Position numbers and translations under genes: made by a program
In this document: in pieces, positions 20,783 through 29,598 of the stretch
How the letters are laid out: each line of letters opens with the position of its first letter
Numbering within the stretch: the stretch's first letter is position 1
Notes under the pieces: model-generated
Seen by the model: the letters and a program-made list of their open reading frames with translations, nothing else
Databases searched by the model: none
What the model was told of the DNA's origin: nothing
NCBI RefSeq assembly: GCF_006345805.1
Contig: NW_021832468.1
Span: 1 to 29,598, forward strand
DNA: 29,598 bases
Direction: 5' to 3'
From: Octopus sinensis
Lineage: Eukaryota

Positions 20783-21087
20783 TGTTTGTTCCTTCTCGAT
20801 CCACGCCTAGCTCATAAGGGCCGGTTTCCCGGTTTCCTTGGCGTATAGGTTCCCCACCTAGACGGGACGCCAGTCCGTCGCAGGTGAGCTGTAAGATGCA
20901 GGGGGAAAGAATGAGAGAAAGTTGCGGCGAAAGAGTCAGCAGTAGTTCGCCATTACCTTCTGCTGGATCCGCGTGGAGCTTAAGGTGTTTCGTTCATAAA
21001 CACACGCATCGCCCGGTCTGAGGTTCGAACCCGCGATCCCTCCACCGCGAGTCCGCTGCTCTAACCACTAGGCCATGTGCCTCCACC
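20783..21087 (-). mobile_element. SINE family E, full length, with 11-bp target-site duplication
   Basis: Colinear with 1136-1450; direct repeat CAAATTAACAT at 20772-20782 and 21088-21098; A box TGGCCTAGTGG and B box GGTTCGAACC on the minus strand. Confidence 0.93.
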
Positions 21088-21539
21088 CAAATTAACATAC
21101 CGACATGCAAAAGCACACATAGAAACATATATAGATGTACATTTAAATTTGACGAAAGGAAGAGAAAAATGTACTTAATGCTAAATGTAGAAATTTATAA
21201 TTTCTTCGAAGTTGCTGGTAACGAAAAATAGATTACGAAAATGAGAAAATATGGTATTGTATACAGAAAGTCTAGACATAAAATGCTTCTGAATGCAGTA
21301 GTAGTGGGATACTGGAAATAACAAAGGAATATTATTGGCTGATAAAATAATCGGTGTAATTTATCTAAATATTTTCTAGACAAGGGTGAAACAGTCCATG
21401 AAATATTGTATGGCATAATCCAACATTCAGTTCAAACGTCTCTACATGCAGAAGCAGAAACATCTTAAATTAAATTTCTTTTCATTTGTGTCAAATCGTA
21501 AGTATAACATTTTTCATAGTAATGCTATTATGTCCTGTC

Positions 21540-21669
21540 ATTCTTTCCGTCTACCAAATTCACTCACAAGGCTTTGATCGGCCCGAGAAGAAGAGACTTG
21601 CCCATAGTGCCACGCAGTGGGAATGAAACCGAAACCATGTGGTTGGGGAACCAAGCTTCTTCCCACATA
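21540..21669 (-). mobile_element. SINE family B head fragment
   Basis: CTTTCCGTCTACCAAATTCACTCACAAGGCTTTG...GCCACGCAGTGGG...AACCATGTGGTTG. Confidence 0.82.
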
Positions 21670-21718
21670 GGGACAAGGTTGGCACTTTGAAATATAGATA
21701 CAACAGAAACAGGTAAGT

Positions 21719-21860
21719 CGTGGTAAAAGAGTACACCTCCCTGCCAGACCCTTGTGGAACTTTAGATGTTTTCGCTCAAGAAACACTCATAACGCCCGGT
21801 CTGGGAGTCGAAACCGCGATCCCACGACCGCGAGTCCGCTACTCTAACCATTGCACCTCC

Positions 21861-21862
<2 letters not shown>
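21719..21862 (-). mobile_element. SINE family F 5' fragment
   Basis: Reverse complement aligns with 24798-24960 (GGACTCGCGGTCGT...CCCAGACCGGGCGTT...GAGCGAAAACA...GTACTCTTT). Confidence 0.82.
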
Positions 21863-21892
<30 letters not shown>

Positions 21893-21964
21893 TATATATA
21901 TACATACATACATACATGCATATATATATATATGTATATATATATGTATACATACATACATACA

Positions 21965-22016
<52 letters not shown>

Positions 22017-22220
22017 CACATATATGTATATATGTATATATGAAATGCAATATAATGTAATATTTATATGTAAATGTGCTAGTTTGTGCATATGTATGTG
22101 TGCGTGTGCGTATGTATATATGAGCATGCGTGTGTGTGTGTGTATGTGAATGTATGTGTCTCTGTGCGTGTGTGATTATGTTTATGTGTGCGTATGTGTG
22201 TGTGTATGTGTGTGTGTGTG

Positions 22221-22251
<31 letters not shown>

Positions 22252-22678
22252 AAGACAGAGACAGATAGGTCAACGTTCTTCGCGTATTTGCTCGTGTGAG
22301 AGTATTTTGTTAGTTTCTGAATTATTAAATGCTTCACATGAGACGTGGTGGCGCAATGCAGCGTGTGATATAATAACTGACTATGATTGCGCTCTCAACT
22401 GACCCTCTCAACATATATAGACACACAGACACAGATATACCCAAACTCTCACTTTCACTTTCATAGAACGTTGACCTCCCGGCGTATCTCACCTATCTTC
22501 CTTTCTTCCTTTACGCACAGCCTCACAAAAACAGCGAGTTATATAGACATACAGACAGACAGATAGACAGATAAATAGTTTTCTTAAGAAACTTCGCAGC
22601 TTTTAGATAGTGTTCTGGATTGTGCATTATGATAATTTGTTCGGAAGTTTGCTGTTCTTAAGAGACATTATTGTTAGG

Positions 22679-22873
22679 TACAATATTAACACTGTTTACA
22701 TCATTTACATTTGACGGATACTTGTCCTCATCTTGTTTGTTGTTAACACAACTTTTCGGCTGATATACCCTCCAGCCTTCATCAGGTGTCTTGGGGAAAT
22801 TTCGAACATGAGTACACATTATTATTATTATTATTTTTATACTTCGTTTTATTCTTACTATTTATTTATTTAA

Positions 22874-22912
<39 letters not shown>

Positions 22913-23111
22913 GATGTTGTTGTTATATTATTATTATTATTGATATTATTATTAATGTTGTTTTATTATTATTATGATTGTTGTCGTTTTTATTATTATT
23001 ATTACTATTATTATTGTTATTATTATTTTTATTCAGGTCAGTACCTGGAATCGAACTCGGAATCTTGAGGGTTAGTAGCCCGCGCTCCTTACCACTACGC
23101 CATATGCCCGT
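22679..23111 (-). mobile_element. tRNA-headed retroposon containing a hammerhead ribozyme motif, bounded by a 12-bp target-site duplication
   Basis: ATTATTGTTAGG at 22667-22678 and 23112-23123; minus-strand A box TGGCGTAGTGG (23092-23102) and B box GTTCGATTCC (23047-23056); (AAT)n spacer about 22818-23032; hammerhead at 22745-22790. Confidence 0.85.
22745..22790 (-). ncRNA. Minimal type I hammerhead ribozyme motif (Penelope-type), stem III mismatched in this copy
   Basis: Minus strand GACAC-CUGAUGA-A-GGCUG-GAGGGUAUAU-CAGCC-GAAA-AG-UU-GUGUU: stem I GACAC/GUGUU, stem II GGCUG/CAGCC, both core boxes intact; AAGU where the canonical palindrome is ACGU. Confidence 0.8.
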
Positions 23112-23225
23112 ATTATTGTTAGGATTCAAATTTTGATATTCATCTAAAGCGAGGGAAATAATTGAAGTCAAATAAACGAAACAGACCTTGCCTCTGTTTT
23201 TGAGCATATATATATATATATATAT

Positions 23226-24068
23226 ATAGCAGAATTGCCCGGCGTTGCTCGGGGCTGAATTGCTTGAAAGTACTGTTAATGATTGCACTGAATTATGATG
23301 ATTATTCAGGCAAATATTGAAATAAGCTTACGGTGGGAGATAAGGACTTAACGCCAAACGTGTGCCATTGCATTGTTTTGGGGGAACCAAATTTCTGATG
23401 AGCATTATAGGGGCACTAACTTTAAGTTTGAGAAAGTGTGGTGGTAGTCCGGGGTGCTCAAGGAATTGAGTACCTCTATTGGATAGTTGATGACGTCCTC
23501 TGGGTCAGGAGTTGTATCGATAGACTGATATACATCGACTTCCCCAGGAATGAGTTTTAGCATTTCATCATTAATATGGTGAACAGTTTTATTCCTCGGG
23601 GCCAGTATAGCCTTTTTGCCAATCCAATCCATATTCTGATAATTAGCTTGTAAATCTGGGAACACTGCATCTCTGAGATCAGAAGGCGTCTTAACAATGG
23701 TACAAATGGAATCGATGGCAATATTACCATTTTCATCCCCTGGTATTTTGCCTTCGCCAAGTGCAAGGAGAGTGTGAGGAAATGCTGGTGATGTGATATT
23801 ACGTCGCATATGAGCACGCATATTGGTGTGAAGTTTGAGAGTTACTTCCGTTTATTTTTAAAAATATGCATTAAAATGGAAAAAAATGATGGTAAATTAT
23901 TTGTAAAATCATAGACTCATCGTAGACGCGCGCTAATACCCAGAAGGGCTCGATATGAATCACGACTATAAGATACCCGGTTTTGGTTAAACTGCATCGC
24001 AAAATGTTGGAGTAGTTAGGAATCTAAATCGGAGTAGACAGACACACAACCTTTCTTTTATATATAAA
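23226..24068 (-). mobile_element. Helitron deletion derivative (843 bp) with a helicase fragment
   Basis: Same 3' hairpin as the 13452 element (plus strand CCCGGCGTTGCTCGGG at 23238-23253) with CTAT for CTAG; first 200+ bp of the 5' end (about 23855-24068) align with 13452-13668; 5' TT for TC. Confidence 0.88.
23340..23850 (-). pseudogene. Helitron PIF1-like helicase fragment, frameshifted
   Basis: LHTNMRAH...LLALGEG...VFPDL..NYQNMDWIGKKAILAPRN..V..IN..ML..IPGE...YPIEVLNSL, then after a frameshift PGLPPHFLKLKVSAPIMLIRNLVPPKQCNGTRL; these are typical RepHel helicase motifs. Confidence 0.92.
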
Positions 24069-24139
24069 TACATACATACACACAACACATACATACACAC
24101 ACACACACACATACTGCATACATACATATACACATAAAC

Positions 24140-24720
24140 CGAGTAAAAAATTTCAGTTATCTCTCTCTTTCACACATTACTCTCTCTGTCTCTTCACACA
24201 CACTAACAGAAGCACTTCACTTACACAACATACTGTCTGTCTCCCACACTCCATCAAACACACACACACACACACATGTACATCAATGAGTCCCATGCAC
24301 GGTAACTTCAAAGGAACTTCCCTCGTCATACAATCGCTTTCTCTTATCTCTTTCGCTCTCATTACTTATGTAAAAAAATAAAAGTTTTTTCTATGTGTGT
24401 AAAGAGGAAGTGGGGGGCAGAGTGAAAGACACTCACTACACGTAAGTGAATTACTTTCATTTTATTCCTTGCCCACTGTGTGTGTGCGTTTGTGTGTGGT
24501 GTAAACCAGACTAAGAAAAGCATTTGACATACACACCAGAATGTGAGTTTTCTGTAAATTTGCTTAACTGGAGTTTAAATTTTAAAAACTGGACCTGGCC
24601 ATGACCCGATGCATTCTACTCTTAAAAATGCTAGGTAAATTGTAATTGAAGAAATCCTATATTTAGATTTCTATAAGTTACAAAGGGAGGCAGATAAAAT
24701 CTGCCTTTTATAATAAGAGA
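24140..24720 (-). mobile_element. Probable 5' part of a second Helitron family
   Basis: Minus strand starts A^TCTCTTATTATAAAA, similar to the TC-TATA-AAAA start of the 13452 element, followed by hairpin GGCAGAT-TTT-ATCTGCC (24689-24705); no own 3' terminus found and left boundary uncertain. Confidence 0.42.
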
Positions 24721-24730
24721 TTTATATAAT

Positions 24731-24763
<33 letters not shown>

Positions 24764-24797
24764 GTGTGGTGTGGGTGTGTGGTGTGTGGTGGTATAT

Positions 24798-25103
24798 GGG
24801 AGGCGCAATGGCCTAGTGGTTAGGGCAGCGGACTCGCGGTCGTAGGATCACGGTTTCGATTCCCAGACCGGGCGTTGTGAGTGTTTATTGAGCGAAAACA
24901 CCTAAAAGCTCCACGAGGCTCCGGCAGGGGGTGGTGATCCCTGCTGTACTCTTTCACCACTCTTTCTTTCACTCTTTCTTCTGTTGGCCTGCTCGCTTAG
25001 CCAGCGGGGTGGCGTCATTCGATGGCTAAAACAATGCGAACGCATTGTGACCAGCGATGTGTAGCAACATCTGAAGGTCTGGTCGGTCACGTGATCACGT
25101 GAT
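24798..25103 (+). mobile_element. SINE family F, full length, with (CACGTGAT)2 tail
   Basis: A box TGGCCTAGTGG, B-box-like GGTTTCGATTCC; 5' half shared with family E; tail CACGTGAT at 25088-25095 and 25096-25103. Confidence 0.85.
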
Positions 25104-25112
25104 ATATATATA

Positions 25113-25445
25113 TAACTTAGTCATGTTTCGATCAAAGATTGGTCCAAGCCATGTCTAACTTAATAGCACCACCTAATAGGATTAGCTAAATATTTTAAAG
25201 TCGAGTTTTGTGGTATCATGGTCCATTCAAATAGGGAGCTCTCGTTGAGGGAGTTGTGTCCAGGTATAGGTGGCTTATCTAGTATTCCTTGAAGAAATTT
25301 GTCCAGATTCCGTTTTAAGGTAATGGGAACCTTTTTCCTCTTTGATATATTTCGGGACAATGTTAAATAGGGAAGGGCTTATTTCGGAAAAGAAATTATT
25401 TTGCAGTGTATTTATGTGATGTAATCTTGAATTGGGCAGGGACAT
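25113..25445 (-). mobile_element. CR1-type LINE 3' fragment (second family), ORF2 C-terminus and 3' UTR
   Basis: PSLFNIVPKYIKEEK and TLKRNLDKFLQGILDKPPIPGHNSLNESSLFEW parallel the C-terminus of the 10005-11848 element (GFRGP...VPDEPT...SNSLL). Confidence 0.8.
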
Positions 25446-25528
25446 GTATTTGTGTGTGTGTGTGTATATATACATACTTGCCTGCATGCATGTATGTATG
25501 TATGTGTGTACGTATGTATTTACGTGTC

Positions 25529-25808
25529 ACTCCGTCGGTTACGACGACGAGGGTTCCAGTTGATCTGATCAACGGAACAACCTGCTCGTGAAATAACGCG
25601 CATGTAGCTGAGCATTCCACAGACACGTGTACCCTTAAAGATTCAGCATGACCCAGAAAGTGACAAGCCTGACCTTTTTGAAATACAGGTACTGAGTGGA
25701 CTGGAGTAACGTGAAATAAAGTGTGCTGCTGAAGGGTACCGCGCGTCAGCGGGAATTGAACTCACGACCTTACGATAGTGAGTCCAATACTTTAATCACT
25801 AAGCCACA
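25529..25808 (-). mobile_element. tRNA-derived SINE family D (CORE-like)
   Basis: Minus strand TGGCTTAGTGATT A box and GAGTTCAATTCC B box, then CAGCACACTTTATTTCAC; 3' end ...CCCTCGTCGTCGTAACCGACGGAG. Confidence 0.75.
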
Positions 25809-26924
25809 TATATATGTCTGTAAGTATATATATGTATGTAATGTATGTATCTAGAGTACAACTCTACTTCATCTCTCCCTCTCTCTCTCTCATCTTCTTA
25901 CACTTAATTGTAGACTTTCTCCCTTCCTACCCCTGTTCTCTCTCTCTCTCTCTCACTCTCTCTCTCTGCCGCGCTTTCTCCCGCCTTCTTTTATTTGCTA
26001 CTCACAGGTGACCACTGATAGTTTTTCTATCTTCTGCCTTTTGCCACTTTTTTTTTTGCCTTTTTTCTCTTCTCAATTCTATTCTTTTCTTTTGTCTTCT
26101 TTTTTTTTCTCTTCCCAGCTCTGTTCTTTATACCCATTTGAGGATTTCTCCCAGGCGTTCCTCCATCATTCTCGTTCTACCATTGGACCAAAGCAATGCT
26201 TCGAATTATTCACTCCATTTTAAAAACATTAGTCTTGCAAGCGAGAATTCAATGTTGTTGACGTCATAAATATTTATAGAATTCTAGAGAATGTGAAATA
26301 ATTGTTTTCGAACCGTGTGCTACATGTGATACACATGCATCTTACATATTTTTATACACACACCCTCGCCACACACACACATATACATACACACAGACGA
26401 AATCTCACACACGCGTATACGTATATACGTATGTGTGTGTGGAATTAAAATGGCGGTTGTGTCGTCTGCTTTGGATCTGTCTATCTATATGGCCAAATTT
26501 TGACAAGTAAAAGTTAAATATTTGGAAGAATCTACTGACTAAAAGATTAAATAGTGGCCTGATTAACAACTTTTTCTCTCTACTGTATTTATTTGTAATA
26601 TTTGATAGCAAACAAAATTTGTGCGATCTTTATTTTCTCTCTTGTGCGCTCTCTGCTTTATAGAGTGTCATACTTCACGAACAAATAAAATCCCCCTACC
26701 ATATAAAATAAATAGATGCGTGGTGTGTATATATATGTCTATAAATATACACATTTATTTATGAAAGGGTTAACACCCAGGTGTCACGAAAACTCAATTT
26801 CTGCTGAGTGTAATTCGAGCGTCTTAAAATAAAGTGCCTGGGTCATGAACAAACTGAGGCGGCCCGGATCGAGAATCGAACGCACTATCTTGAGCCTTAT
26901 ATCCTTGCCAATATACGAAACGCC

Positions 26925-26995
26925 CAAGTTGGTGAACTGACAGAATTGTTATCACTCGGGCAAAATACTTAGCCGCATTTCGTTCGTCAATTACT
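26925..26995 (+). mobile_element. SINE family A head fragment
   Basis: GGTGAACTGACAGAATTGTTATCACTCGGGCAAAATACTTAGCCGCATTTCGTTCGTC. Confidence 0.72.
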
Positions 26996-27319
26996 CAGCA
27001 TATATATATATATATATGTATAGATACATATATATGTGTATATATATATATATATATGTATGTATATGTATGTGTGTCTGAGTGTATATATAATATGTGT
27101 GTGTACATATGTATGTATATGGACATATGTATGATATATATATATATATATATAGATAATATATATAATATATATACATATATATATATTCATATATATA
27201 TATTCTATATATATTCATATATATATTATATATATATATTATATATATATATATATAATATATATATATATTATATATATATATATTACATATATATATA
27301 TTTCAAATATATATATATA

Positions 27320-27367
<48 letters not shown>

Positions 27368-27380
27368 CTTATATATATCA
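26996..27380. repeat. (TA)n microsatellite field
   Basis: Direct reading. Confidence 0.93.
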
Positions 27381-27427
27381 ACATGAGGTATTTTGATGAA
27401 GCATTGTGAGTTTTAGCTTTAAAGAAC

Positions 27428-27780
27428 GTAAGTATGTAAGGCCGGAACAATGCGAGAAGGTACAAATAAAGTAGAAAAGGGAAAGAAAACAAAACAAAGT
27501 TGGTGGTTACCTTATATTTCTATATTTCGGGATAAAGAGCCCTTCTTCAGGACATTCGGAGAAGCGGTAGTTGGAAAGGGCTGTTGCTCATATATATATA
27601 TACTTGTATTATATTCTGAGCAAAAATATTTTCCAACTACCGCGTTCCGAATGTCCAGAAAACGGGGGCTTTACTCCGAAATATAGAAATACACGGTAAA
27701 CCTGCAACATTGTTCTGCTTTCTTTTCCTTTTGTACATTACTTTGTACCTTCTTGTATTATTCCGGCCTTACACACCTAC
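27428..27780. repeat. 353-bp imperfect palindrome with a hammerhead-like motif in each arm (probable Penelope-like inverted terminal remnant)
   Basis: Arms align along their length (TGTAAGGCCGGAA/TTCCGGCCTTACA; GCGGTAGTTGGAAA/TTTCCAACTACCGC; TTGCTCA/TGAGCAA), centre at about 27604; minus 27516-27555 reads AUGUC-CUGAAGA-A-GGG-CUCUUUAU-CCC-GAAA-UA-UA-GAAAU. Confidence 0.85.
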
Positions 27781-27852
27781 ATTTTATTGAAACACACGCA
27801 CGCACACATTCACATACACACTTACACATACGTTCACACGCTCACACACACA

Positions 27853-28000
27853 ACGAACTTCTTTCAGTTTTCGTCTGCGAGATCCACTGACAAGGCTTTG
27901 CACATCCTGCGGATATAAAAGACCCTTACTGAACTTGCCGCGTAGTGGGACTGAACCCGGAACCATGTGGTTGAGAAGGAAAACTCTTACCACACTGCCA
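27853..28000 (-). mobile_element. SINE family B head fragment
   Basis: CTTCTTTCAGTTTTCGTC...ACAAGGCTTTG...GTAGTGGGACTGAACCCGGAACCATGTGGTTG...CTTACCACAC. Confidence 0.8.
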
Positions 28001-28162
28001 TGGTCTTTTTTTTTTGTTTTATTTTGTTTTTTAAAGTCAGTACGGTATGATCGTATTTTGGGATATGTTTATCTGCTCCGTCTCTTAGCAGGTCCTGTGA
28101 TTCCCTAGAGAATTAATCCCTGGTTGTGTAATATATATTTGTACTATATTCTGATTACTTAC

Positions 28163-28171
28163 CATTCCAAC
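28163..28171 (-). CDS. Candidate 9-nt microexon GTTGGAATG of an unidentified minus-strand host gene
   Basis: Minus strand: long polypyrimidine tract...CTCTTTCTGCAG|GTTGGAATG|GTAAGTAA; consensus acceptor and donor, frame-preserving length; splice signals only, no transcript evidence. Confidence 0.45.
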
Positions 28172-28279
28172 CTGCAGAAAGAGTGTACGAGGACTATGCA
28201 AAGAAAAAAAGGAAAGCAAGAAAAAGGATAAAGGAAAAAAAGAACGACGAAAACGAACGAAATATTTGTCTGTCGGTGA

Positions 28280-28354
28280 TGATGGTGATGATGATGATGA
28301 TGATGATGATGATGACGATGATGATGATGATGATGACGATGACGATGATGACGA

Positions 28355-28388
<34 letters not shown>

Positions 28389-28430
28389 GATGATGATGAT
28401 GATGATGACGATGATGGTGATGATGATGAC

Positions 28431-28480
<50 letters not shown>
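28280..28480. repeat. (GAT)n/(GAC)/(GGT) trinucleotide microsatellite
   Basis: Direct reading; source of poly-D/M/S ORFs. Confidence 0.96.
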
Positions 28481-28481
<1 letters not shown>

Positions 28482-29039
28482 GTGATGAAGAGAACTAAGT
28501 TTACCAAAACAATGACCTCTCCTAACATACTAACAACGATAATGTTCTGAATCTAATATCTTTTAGGGAGTTTATAAGACATGGAATGAATTCCTTGGGG
28601 GAAATATACGGAAAGAGAACGAGCGAGCGAGCGAGCGAGCGAAAGACAGAAGGGGAACGAGAAAGAAAGAGGGGAAAACAGAGAGAGAGAGAGGGAGAGA
28701 GAGGGGGAGAGAGAGGGGGTGAGAGAGGAGAAAGAAACGAAAGGGGTGAAAGAGTATTTGATAAAGAAGCGTGAGATGTAAGGGGATGGAAGTTTTTATT
28801 TTGATAGAAGCTTGAGATTTACACACGACGAATAAATATTCTCTCTATATATCTTCGTAATTAACGGTTTTGACAGAAATCTCTGTAACAGATCCCCTGT
28901 TCGTGAAAAGAAAGTCTCTAAGTACAAAATTTTTCTTACTGTTCTCCCTTAAAACTTTAAAACTGACGTACACACATGGAGCAGAAGGTGCTTGATACTG
29001 TGTGATAGTGTGTATGTGTGTTATACAGATCAACATATG

Positions 29040-29098
29040 CAAATCTGTATGCACTCATATATGTACATACACACATTTATATATACACACACACACCA

Positions 29099-29163
<65 letters not shown>

Positions 29164-29598
29164 CATATACATTCATACCAATTGATATTTATCAGCGTGT
29201 TATAAATATGTGTGTATTTATGTATATATATGCATATGCATGTGTGTGTCTCTCCTCTCTATAATATATATACATACATACACATTCACACACGCATATA
29301 TATATATATACATATATATCCATATGTGTGTGTATAAACAAACATAAATGCACACTTACACATATTTATACGCATATTCATATGCATATGCGTATCTATG
29401 TATGTATTATATATATATATATATATTATATATATATATATTATATATATACACTTATATACATAAAGATACACACAAAGAGATACAAATTCATAGATAC
29501 ATTTATAAATACACATATATCTAGCTATATATCTAGCATATATTTATAAAGATACACCCACATAATCTCACTACAGACATATATCTTTTATGTAAACA
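29040..29598. repeat. (TA)n/(CA)n degenerate microsatellite field
   Basis: Direct reading. Confidence 0.88.

Noticed and set aside
21379-21497. Plus-strand AG...GTAAGT-bounded segment
   Set aside because: Stop codons in all three frames.
23032-23111. Functional tRNA gene (apparent ACT anticodon), and similar heads at 1136, 21087, 24798 and 25808
   Set aside because: Acceptor and T stems do not pair properly and each head continues into a repeat body; these are SINE heads, not tRNAs.
26008-26223. 71-aa Phe/Ser-rich ORF after an acceptor-like TACTCACAG
   Set aside because: Low-complexity pyrimidine tract; the opposite strand has a GTGAGT donor but stops in all frames.
26453-26465. AAAATGGCGG YY1-like motif (also near 3451)
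   Set aside because: Isolated 10-mers, one at a SINE head; no CpG island or other promoter evidence, and the downstream ORF is only 17 codons.

Overview
AT-rich, microsatellite-saturated eukaryotic DNA with no intact protein-coding gene. Repeat families and composition point to an octopus (coleoid cephalopod) intron or intergenic region; this is an inference. Nearly all ORFs in the track are translations of (TA)n, (TG)n, (TATC)n or trinucleotide repeats. Contents: at least five tRNA-derived SINE families (labelled A, B, D, E, F here, about 20 copies or fragments); a 1.84-kb 5'-truncated CR1-type LINE (RT domain, minus strand); a second CR1 C-terminal fragment; a faint RTE-like fossil; two Helitrons with shared termini but different interiors, one carrying a PIF1-like helicase fragment; and several palindromes. 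Best leads: (1) a 433-bp element bounded by a 12-bp target-site duplication that joins a tRNA-type Pol III head, an (AAT)n spacer and a Penelope-type minimal hammerhead ribozyme, i.e. a candidate ribozyme-bearing SINE; (2) a candidate 9-nt microexon on the minus strand with consensus splice sites and UGC motifs; (3) inverted pairs of hammerhead vestiges inside palindromes; (4) a SINE and CR1 LINEs sharing a structurally conserved 3' tail. All alignments were done by eye, and family names are from memory and need Dfam/Repbase confirmation.
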